The position numbers and the translations under genes are program-made. A stretch of 24,081 nucleotides of DNA from a virus (lineage: Duplodnaviria > Caudoviricetes): positions 1 to 24,081 of IMG/VR virus record IMGVR_UViG_3300025018_000526; one strand, given 5' to 3'. Under the pieces are notes generated by a model. It was not told the DNA's origin and searched no databases. It worked only from the letters and a program-made list of their open reading frames with translations. Positions 7,730 to 15,349 of this stretch are shown in pieces (positions within the stretch are counted from its first letter, which is position 1; the number at the start of each line of letters is the position of its first letter).

Positions 7730-7854
7730 GTGGGGGTGGTAAATTTAATTTTAAAAATTGGCTCACCACCTTTCAAAACGGATTTACCCTGCGATAATTT
7801 TCTAGCGACAAGCTAAATACTTTAGCCGGTTAAGTAAGCAGTCCATACCCCCAC
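7730..7854 (+). ncRNA. Putative structured RNA domain 2
   Basis: GTGGGGGT/ACCCCCAC closing stem; inner GGTAAATTT/GGATTTACC, CTGC/GCAG and GCTAAA/TTTAGC helices. Confidence 0.45.
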
Positions 7855-7858
7855 CTCC

Positions 7859-7967
7859 TTTCTAAACATTCCCATCATCGAAAGATGGTGATTTGATTGT
7901 TTTCTTCATAGAACTCACTACTAAAAGCAGTATCGACCCTGCTTGCGGTGGTGGGAATGTTTAGAAA
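7859..7967 (+). ncRNA. Putative structured RNA domain 3 / metK leader
   Basis: 22-bp stem 7859-7880/7946-7967 with two G-U pairs; inner hairpins; ends 26 nt before the metK ATG. Confidence 0.5.
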
Positions 7968-7993
7968 AATTATAAGAAATTAACTACAAAACT

Positions 7994-8986
7994 ATGTTAA
8001 AAACAGCAGAGTGCGTAAGTCCACGTCACCCGGACAAAATGTGTGACAGAATATCAGATGCAATATTAGACTGGTATTTAAAACAAGACCCACAGGCAAG
8101 AGTAGCGGTAGAAACAATGGGAGGACACGGAAAGGTTTATATTCTTGGCGAGGTGACATCAAAAACTACGCCAATATATAAAACAGCAGTCGAGGGAATT
8201 GTAAGGGATATAACAGGCGAGGAGAATCAAGTAGAATTTAACATAGTAAATCAAAGCCCAGAGATAGCACAGGGCGTAGATACAGGAGGCGCAGGTGATC
8301 AAGGAATAATGGTCGGCTATGCTTGTAGTGAAAATGAGCAAATGATACCGCAGGAATTATATCTAGCGAGAAGTTTATGTAAATTTATATATAAACACTA
8401 CGAGTACGATGGGAAAACACAGGTGACAATAGACGAAAAAGGAACAATATACACGATAGTGGCTAGTTTTTGTAAAGTAGAGGCAAGCGAACTAAGTGAT
8501 TTAGTATACAGATGGATAGATAAAGAATTGCCAGAATATCTAAGCCCAGAGAATGATAGAGAAATAAAACTATATTGCAACCCAGCAGGAGATTGGAATC
8601 TTGGTGGGTTTTCTGCGGATACTGGACTGACAGGTAGAAAGCTAGCGGTAGATAATTACGGAACAAGAGTGCCAATAGGAGGCGGGGCATTTAGCGGAAA
8701 GGATGCAACTAAAGTAGACCGCAGTGGGGCATATATGGCACGTAAAATAGCAGTAGATATTTTAAAGAAAGAAAAGGCAGGGGAAGTGATAGTAAAGATA
8801 GCTTACTCAATAGGCGTAGCAGAGCCAGTAATGGTAACAGCCACGATAGACGGACAGGAGAAAGAGGTGACGTGCTATGACTTAAAACCGCAAGCGATCA
8901 TAGAGCAACTAAAACTAAGAAAGCCAGTATTTGAGAAGACAGCTGAATGGGGTAGCTTTGGAAATGGATTTGAATGGGATAAATAA
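7994..8986 (+). CDS. metK: S-adenosylmethionine synthetase (compact phage type)
   Basis: HPDKMCDRISDAILD, GAGDQGIMVGYA, DGKTQVT, DTGLTGRK, GGGAFSGKDATKVDRSGAY. Confidence 0.96.
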   Translation: MLKTAECVSPRHPDKMCDRISDAILDWYLKQDPQARVAVETMGGHGKVYILGEVTSKTTPIYKTAVEGIVRDITGEENQVEFNIVNQSPEIAQGVDTGGAGDQGIMVGYACSENEQMIPQELYLARSLCKFIYKHYEYDGKTQVTIDEKGTIYTIVASFCKVEASELSDLVYRWIDKELPEYLSPENDREIKLYCNPAGDWNLGGFSADTGLTGRKLAVDNYGTRVPIGGGAFSGKDATKVDRSGAYMARKIAVDILKKEKAGEVIVKIAYSIGVAEPVMVTATIDGQEKEVTCYDLKPQAIIEQLKLRKPVFEKTAEWGSFGNGFEWDK

Positions 8987-8990
8987 TTAT

Positions 8991-9254
8991 ATGGGCAAAG
9001 AAAAACAGCAACAATTTATAAAAGACCATCCGGAAGAGCTGGATGCCATACTAACCGACTACTCCGACTACCTAATGAAAAACGGATACATGGACAGCGA
9101 CTGGTACACGGAAGAGCCGAACACCGTGATAGACTTCCTAAACCTCCCAGTGAAAGAGAAGAGCAAATGCACCTGCGGATGCGAGGGCGACATGGAAAGC
9201 CACAAGATAGACGTAGACAATAAGCTGGGTCTGGAAAATGATTTAAAGTTTTAA
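8991..9254 (+). CDS. Hypothetical protein (start moved from 8931 to 8991)
   Basis: ATG 4 nt after the metK stop; acidic 87-aa product with CTCGC. Confidence 0.6.
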   Translation: MGKEKQQQFIKDHPEELDAILTDYSDYLMKNGYMDSDWYTEEPNTVIDFLNLPVKEKSKCTCGCEGDMESHKIDVDNKLGLENDLKF

Positions 9255-9258
9255 CAGT

Positions 9259-9723
9259 ATGGCGACAATAATAAAAATAAACGACAAGATATTTAAAACC
9301 AGAGTAGTAGTGATAGCCAACTGCAACCCGAAAGAATGCAACGAAGAACTAAAGGGAATGAAGAACAAATACTTCGTAGAAGATAAAGATAGCAACTTAG
9401 CCGGGAGGCTGGTACAGGCAAATCACGGGCTATGGAGAATACTATACATGCCGACCCTAAATTTAAGGCAAGAGAGCCGAGGTGTACTAGCACACGAGCT
9501 ATTCCATCTAGTGGTAAGGATATGCGAGGACAAGGGCGTACCGATAACCGCAAACATTCAAACGGGGCAATGTGGTGACGAAACAGGGGCATATATGCTA
9601 GAATATTACTATAACGAAATTATAGACCTTTATAAAAAAGCCACCGCTCGAAAGAGCAAGGGCGATAACGCAAGGACATATGTCAAAAGCAAAACCAGAA
9701 AGCGTAGCGGAAATAATCGCTAG
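9259..9723 (+). CDS. HExxH-motif protein (zincin-like)
   Basis: GVLAHELFHLV followed by DETGAY. Confidence 0.6.
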   Translation: MATIIKINDKIFKTRVVVIANCNPKECNEELKGMKNKYFVEDKDSNLAGRLVQANHGLWRILYMPTLNLRQESRGVLAHELFHLVVRICEDKGVPITANIQTGQCGDETGAYMLEYYYNEIIDLYKKATARKSKGDNARTYVKSKTRKRSGNNR

Positions 9724-10297
9724 GCGGAAAGCAAACGCAACAAAAAAAGAAACCGAGAAGAAACCTGCACCTAAAAAGGCAGGTGTTATTGTTGGAAAGA
9801 AAAAGAAAAAAGCAACTCCAATTAACTCCAATAAAAAGACACCTGACAAAAAGGCAAATAAGGACATAGAAAACCTACGCAACCCGGACTTATACCTAAT
9901 GTTTGTCGAGTGGATGGCAACCCCGGACAGATTTAGAGAGGTGCTGACTCAGAAAGAATTTGCAAAGGAAATTGGAGTAGGCGAAGATACTCTGTCAGAG
10001 TGGAAAAAACGACCCGGATTCTGGGATAGCGTAAGAGAAGAAAGAAGATCCGTAATAAAAGACAAGATGGTAAATAACGTGATATCAGCCCTATACCGAA
10101 CAGCCATAAGGGATGGACAGGCAAAGGAGGCAAAGCTACTCCTAGAGCTAGGCGGTGAATATGAAGAAAAGAGAGTAACCGAGAACACCCACACAATTAA
10201 AGAACTAAGCGAGGAAAGACAAAAAGAGATATCAAAGAGGCTAGACAACTGGTTTAGCCCAGAAGATGACGAGGAAGATGACGAGGTAAAAGAATAA
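9680..10297 (+). CDS. Terminase small subunit (HTH)
   Basis: TQKEFAKEIGVGEDTLSEWKKRPGF helix-turn-helix; directly upstream of TerL. Confidence 0.75.
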   Translation: MSKAKPESVAEIIARRKANATKKETEKKPAPKKAGVIVGKKKKKATPINSNKKTPDKKANKDIENLRNPDLYLMFVEWMATPDRFREVLTQKEFAKEIGVGEDTLSEWKKRPGFWDSVREERRSVIKDKMVNNVISALYRTAIRDGQAKEAKLLLELGGEYEEKRVTENTHTIKELSEERQKEISKRLDNWFSPEDDEEDDEVKE

Positions 10298-10298
10298 T

Positions 10299-11843
10299 AT
10301 GGCGAAAGCAAAAAAGATAACCAGACCGGACATCGTGGCACTAGAGCATAAGACCCCGCTGGGGCTAGGCGACACGATCCGTGACCATATATACTTTTTA
10401 ACAGGGGCGGATATTAACATACCCGCAGAGAGAATATTCCTAGCAAAAAAGAGCTTCATATATTTTTGCCTTATCTACCTAGGGCATTATTTTAATTTAA
10501 AGCCGGCAAACTTTCATAAGAAACTGGTCAAGATTTTAGAAGATGATACAGCTGAGGCAGTGGGCGTGATTGGTTTCCGTGGATCAGCCAAAAGCACATT
10601 CTGCAGTTTAGCGTACCCGATATGGTGTGCGGTTTTGAAAAAGTTTAACTTCATGGTGCTGATAAACGACACAACCCCACAGGTAAAACTAAACATCACC
10701 AACATCAAGGCAGAGCTAGAAGAGAACGAACTGATACGCTCAGACTTCCCGAACGCCTACAACAACAATAAAAACAAATGGACAGAAAACGAATTGCTAA
10801 TCGGGAAAGATGTTTTTTTAATCGGAAAGAGCCGAGGGCAAAAAGTCAGAGGTTTAAGGTTTAGGCAATACCGCCCGGAGCTGATGATAATCGATGACCC
10901 CGAGGACTTAGAATGGACTAGGAAGAAAGAAAACCGCAACAAGACCGAGCGGTGGCTAAATACCGAAGTAGTGCCAGCCCAAGAAGAAAACAAATGTAAG
11001 CTGATCATAATTGGTAACCTTTTGCATAAAGATGCCTTGATGGGCAGAATCAAGAAAAGAGGCACGTTCAAGATGTTTGAATTTAGTTTGCTAGACAAGA
11101 AAGGAAAGTGTACGTGGAAAGGCAAATACCCGACCCAAGCATCCATAGACAAACAGAAAGGTAGAGTAGGCAGTAATATAATTTGGCAGAGAGAATATCT
11201 GCTGAAGATTTTAGCAGAAGAAGAACAGGTAATAACTGAGGAAGATATAACCTATTATGATCCACAAAGACTAACCCTAAAAGGCGAACTAGGAATTAAC
11301 CCAGTAGATGCAGGAGTCGGCATTGATTTAGCTATAAGCGAAAAAGAAACAGCCGACTATACAGCTATGGTGGCCGGGTTAGTAGCAGTAGAATATAACA
11401 CGATAGGGCTAGATGGAAGTAAAGGGCAGGGCGTGAAAGTAGTCTACATCAAGCCAAACCCAGTAAACCTACGCCTAGACCTAGAAAAAACCATAAGCCA
11501 CGCCACAACAGTCCACAAAGCCCTACCATATGGTGCTAAGCTCTTTGTAGAGTCCGTAGCGTACCAATTAGCCTGTATTAAGGAAATGCGCAAGAAAGGG
11601 CTACCAGTGCGAGAAATGAGAGCCATAAGCGACAAGAGAGCCAGACTGGAAACAGTAGCAATGTACATCAAGCAGGGGCTGGTACGATTCCCTAAGACCG
11701 GATGCGAAGAACTGATAGAACAGCTCACAGGCTTTGGCGTAGAAGAACACGATGACCTAGTGGATGCCCTAGTTTATTTACTACTCGGTTTATTTAACAC
11801 GAAGAAAACAAGCGTGGGATTTGAAAAGGTGGGAGCTCTCTAG
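10299..11843 (+). CDS. terL: Terminase large subunit
   Basis: Walker A GFRGSAKST; GQKVRG; Walker B LMIIDDPE; nuclease motifs GIDLAIS..ADYTA and HDDLVDA. Confidence 0.93.
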   Translation: MAKAKKITRPDIVALEHKTPLGLGDTIRDHIYFLTGADINIPAERIFLAKKSFIYFCLIYLGHYFNLKPANFHKKLVKILEDDTAEAVGVIGFRGSAKSTFCSLAYPIWCAVLKKFNFMVLINDTTPQVKLNITNIKAELEENELIRSDFPNAYNNNKNKWTENELLIGKDVFLIGKSRGQKVRGLRFRQYRPELMIIDDPEDLEWTRKKENRNKTERWLNTEVVPAQEENKCKLIIIGNLLHKDALMGRIKKRGTFKMFEFSLLDKKGKCTWKGKYPTQASIDKQKGRVGSNIIWQREYLLKILAEEEQVITEEDITYYDPQRLTLKGELGINPVDAGVGIDLAISEKETADYTAMVAGLVAVEYNTIGLDGSKGQGVKVVYIKPNPVNLRLDLEKTISHATTVHKALPYGAKLFVESVAYQLACIKEMRKKGLPVREMRAISDKRARLETVAMYIKQGLVRFPKTGCEELIEQLTGFGVEEHDDLVDALVYLLLGLFNTKKTSVGFEKVGAL

Positions 11844-11844
11844 C

Positions 11845-11873
11845 TTTTCAAAAAAAAGGAATTATAGTATAAT
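11845..11873 (+). promoter_or_regulatory. Putative sigma70-type promoter
   Basis: TTTTCA-N17-TATAAT(11868) in the gap after terL. Confidence 0.45.
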
Positions 11874-11964
11874 TTAAATATGATAAGATTTATTAAAACC
11901 ATCAAAAATATAATACTAATAAGTCTAAGGCTTTTATTTAGAAAAATAACAGGCAAATATTAAT

Positions 11965-12273
11965 ATGGCTAATATTTTAAAAACAAAAAAGAGTGTTTTA
12001 AAAATGCGATGTGGATATTGCCCGAGGGTAATATTTAGATCAGACGAAACAGACGGGGAATTTAAAGAAATGGACAAAAAACCAATCTGCCCAGTATGCA
12101 GAGTTTTGAGGACTTCTAAATTTAAAGATGAAATAAAAGCCGACAAAGTAAAATATGATAATATTCAGATACAGAAATCAAAAGAAGATTCAGAAAAGGC
12201 TAGGCTCGAAACAATAGACGTAGCAGTGGCTAGTCAAATTAGAGCCGGGAAAAAATATAAACTAAAAAAATAA
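11965..12273 (+). CDS. Zinc-binding hypothetical protein
   Basis: CGYC...CPVC pair. Confidence 0.6.
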   Translation: MANILKTKKSVLKMRCGYCPRVIFRSDETDGEFKEMDKKPICPVCRVLRTSKFKDEIKADKVKYDNIQIQKSKEDSEKARLETIDVAVASQIRAGKKYKLKK

Positions 12274-12290
12274 GTTTTTAGCACAAAAGT

Positions 12291-13670
12291 ATGATTATCA
12301 AAAATAACTTCCCGAATAATATTGAAAGAAAAAGAATACAAACACTTAGGAAGTACGAGAAACTGCATGATAATGACCAAGAGAGTGTTTTATTACTCCA
12401 CGATTTAATAAAAAAACAATTCAGCAAACAGACTGATATTATTTATTTAAGTCACGCAATTCCATCAAGAATAAGTGAATTTTATAGCGATTTTGTGCAA
12501 GGAGATAGCTACAGAATGGCTATAAATGTTATAAATGGAGAGGCGGAAGAAAAGATAATACAAGAAATTGTAGAAACTAACGATATAATCGAAAAAATAG
12601 GCGACTATGCATACAACCAAAGTGAATATGGCTTTGAAGTTTTATTAGGCTATATTGACGAAAAAGGAAAATTTAGAATTCAGATAGTGCCAAAAGAGCA
12701 ATACTTCCCTCAAAGTGATGGAAGTGTTATTTTTGCAACTTATATCTTTGACCCAACAGACTCTAACACAGCAACAGCAGAGAGAGCTAAACTTCTCTAC
12801 ACTCAGCATTACTACATAGATGGGGAGGATGTAAAGATAGAGCGCAAACTATGGGAAATCAATGACGAGGGCAGAGCAGAAAAAGAAACCAGTCTAGAGA
12901 GGGCAAACATAACAGCCGAGCCTTTAGAAACAATAGACGGGCTAGGAAGACTGCCAATACAGCAAATAGACAATGGCAGACAGACAAGCTGGGGCTTTGG
13001 AAAGAGCGACTACGCAGACATAATGCCACAGCTACAAGAAGTCAATGAACGCAGAACGCATATAAGCACACAGTTGCTTAAGAATTTAGATGCAAAAATG
13101 CAACTACCTGCATTAGATAGCTTAAAAACAGATGATGGCAAAATAAAACAATTCGAGTACTTAATGGTAGAAAAAGAAGATAAGGATGCTAAGTTTATTT
13201 TAAATGACAACCCATTAGTAGAGGCAACAGAAAAGCACGTAGAAAATCAGCTTAAATTTATAAGTTGGGTGACAGCTATTCCAATGTTTGAATTACTAAA
13301 ATCAGCAATGCCGGAGAGAGTAGATGCGATGAGAATTCAATTATTTGGCGCTATTAGAAAATCACAGAAAAAAAGAGCTAAGATATCAAAAGGTATAAAA
13401 GAAATGATTAAGATAGGTTATAAAATGCTACAAAACAAAGAACTAGAAAAAGATATCGAGATAAAGTTTAGCGATGTTATTCCGACAGATGAACAAGTAG
13501 AAGTAGAAGTAGAAAGCGCTAAAATAAATAATGGCTTATCAAGTAGACGTTCTGCCATGAAAAGACTAGACAACTTTACAGAGGAAGAACTAGATGCAGA
13601 GCTAGAATTGATTAAGGAAGAAAACATAAACAGCGGGGCTGTAAACCCAAATAACCCTCCGCAATTTTAG
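12291..13670 (+). CDS. Portal protein (SPP1 gp6-like)
   Basis: 459 aa, downstream of TerL; PIQQIDN...GKSDYADIMPLQ-like motif, IEIKFSDVIPTD, GLSSRRSAMKRL C-terminus. Confidence 0.85.
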   Translation: MIIKNNFPNNIERKRIQTLRKYEKLHDNDQESVLLLHDLIKKQFSKQTDIIYLSHAIPSRISEFYSDFVQGDSYRMAINVINGEAEEKIIQEIVETNDIIEKIGDYAYNQSEYGFEVLLGYIDEKGKFRIQIVPKEQYFPQSDGSVIFATYIFDPTDSNTATAERAKLLYTQHYYIDGEDVKIERKLWEINDEGRAEKETSLERANITAEPLETIDGLGRLPIQQIDNGRQTSWGFGKSDYADIMPQLQEVNERRTHISTQLLKNLDAKMQLPALDSLKTDDGKIKQFEYLMVEKEDKDAKFILNDNPLVEATEKHVENQLKFISWVTAIPMFELLKSAMPERVDAMRIQLFGAIRKSQKKRAKISKGIKEMIKIGYKMLQNKELEKDIEIKFSDVIPTDEQVEVEVESAKINNGLSSRRSAMKRLDNFTEEELDAELELIKEENINSGAVNPNNPPQF

Positions 13671-13691
13671 TTAATAAAATAATTTAACAAT

Positions 13692-13892
13692 ATGGACTTC
13701 CCAAGAGGCAATAAACTAGACAAAGGGCTACCAGAGCAGATAGAGAGTAGTGCTAAAATTTTAGAAGAACATCTTAAAAGGGTGGACTATAAGATTTTTA
13801 TTAAAGCCTATGCAATAGTGATAGGACTGATATCGTTAACAATTTTTAGTTTTATAGCAATGGCAAGACTAGCAATGTTTTTAATACCATAA
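13692..13892 (+). CDS. Small membrane protein
   Basis: 66 aa with a C-terminal hydrophobic helix. Confidence 0.55.
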   Translation: MDFPRGNKLDKGLPEQIESSAKILEEHLKRVDYKIFIKAYAIVIGLISLTIFSFIAMARLAMFLIP

Positions 13893-13893
13893 T

Positions 13894-14976
13894 ATGAAGA
13901 AACTAGGCGACATCGTATATCAAGACTCAAATATCCAAGAACTGCTAGATGTTATTGAAAGCATAGACAATAAAACTAAAGCGGTTATTTTAAAAGCCAT
14001 AAGTCAAAAACTAACACAATCAGGAAAGGCACAGGCAATAAAAAGTGTAAAAGAAATAATAGCATCAGGCGACCCGGCCATAAGAAAATGGATAAGCGAG
14101 GCAATACCAAAAAGCTACGCAGAGGGGCTAAACTTTGCCGATTATGAATTTAATAGCATAAAGATAAGACCAGTAGTAGCGCAAGATGCATTAAATAATA
14201 TAGCCAGAAAAGCAGGGATAACAAAACAAGTAAAAGGAATTAATACATCGACTATTTACAGCTGGGAAGATCTACAAAATAAAATAGGCAAGGCAGTAAA
14301 TTATGACACTAAGATAATGGGAGAAGTAAGGAGTCAGATAAGCCAAGAATGGGCAAAATATACTAATAACCCAAAAATAACAGTAGACTCACAAAAAATA
14401 GGTGCAGAATTTCAAAAAACAAAACTTAGGATAACACCAGATGAGATAAAAGTAGCTAGAGATTTGTCAATTCATTCAGGGGCGATAAACGCATTGCTAA
14501 GCGACACATATCTAGATTTTGCCAATGGAATGAATGGGCTAGTACGAGGGGCAGAACAAAAGATAAACGAGGCTTTTAAAAGGCAGATAAGGGCTCAAAT
14601 AATGGCAAGAGAGGTCACTGGAAAAAGTATAGATAAAGTTAAAAGAGAAATAGTGCAATTACTAGGTGATCAAGGATTTGCAGTTTTAAAGGACAGAGGC
14701 GGTCACACATGGACATTAAGACGATATAGCGAGATGTTAGCCCGTACGCACACCATAAGGGCTAGTAATGAGGCTCTAATAAACAGGGCTAACCAGTTTG
14801 AAATAGATATAGTGCAAGTAAGCACCCATTCAGGCGCTTGTCCGATATGCGTACCATATGAGGGTAAAATTTATAGCTTAAGTGGTAATAGTAGCGGATA
14901 CCCAAGACTAGACATTCAGCTACCTGTCCATCCAAATTGTAGGCACGTTTTACTCATGCGCCCTGACTTGATATAA
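13894..14976 (+). CDS. Minor capsid / head morphogenesis protein
   Basis: DRGGHTWTLRRYSEMLART, VSTHSGACPICVPYEGKIYS, HPNCRH. Confidence 0.85.
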   Translation: MKKLGDIVYQDSNIQELLDVIESIDNKTKAVILKAISQKLTQSGKAQAIKSVKEIIASGDPAIRKWISEAIPKSYAEGLNFADYEFNSIKIRPVVAQDALNNIARKAGITKQVKGINTSTIYSWEDLQNKIGKAVNYDTKIMGEVRSQISQEWAKYTNNPKITVDSQKIGAEFQKTKLRITPDEIKVARDLSIHSGAINALLSDTYLDFANGMNGLVRGAEQKINEAFKRQIRAQIMAREVTGKSIDKVKREIVQLLGDQGFAVLKDRGGHTWTLRRYSEMLARTHTIRASNEALINRANQFEIDIVQVSTHSGACPICVPYEGKIYSLSGNSSGYPRLDIQLPVHPNCRHVLLMRPDLI

Positions 14977-14997
14977 TAAAAATATAATCATAAAAAT

Positions 14998-15348
14998 ATG
15001 GCAGAAAAATTAACAATAATTAGAGGAGATAGCGCAGAGATAGATGTAACCTTTGAAGATGCAGACGGGGTAGCAATAAACCTAACTGGAAAGTCAGTGT
15101 TTTTTACTGTTAAAGAATTAGACGATATTGATGGAGGTGATGACTCAGAGGCAAAAATTAGTAAGAAAATAACCAGCCATTCAGACCCAACTGCAGGGAA
15201 AACACAAATAGCTCTGACAGCAGAAGATACTGATTTAACGCCAAAGGACTATTTATACGACTTACAAATAGTAAGTGGAAGTGAAGTAATTAGTACAACT
15301 AAGGACTTTATGGAAATAATTCAGGATGTAACTAAACGAATAGAATAA
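14998..15348 (+). CDS. BppU-N-like virion adaptor protein
   Basis: IIRGDS..INLTG..FTVK..G...LTAEDT..YLYDLQ beta-sandwich pattern. Confidence 0.65.
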   Translation: MAEKLTIIRGDSAEIDVTFEDADGVAINLTGKSVFFTVKELDDIDGGDDSEAKISKKITSHSDPTAGKTQIALTAEDTDLTPKDYLYDLQIVSGSEVISTTKDFMEIIQDVTKRIE

Positions 15349-15349
15349 T

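Noticed and set aside
7730-7857. tRNA or tmRNA suggested by GGGGGTG...CCCCCACC ends
   Set aside because: No T-arm (GTTCRA), no cloverleaf spacing, and far too short for tmRNA.
8931-8990. Extended N-terminus of ORF 8931-9254 overlapping metK
   Set aside because: The ATG at 8991, just after the metK stop, fits the local start pattern better.
11880-11912. 10-codon ORF right after the putative promoter
   Set aside because: Too short to distinguish from chance; no supporting evidence.
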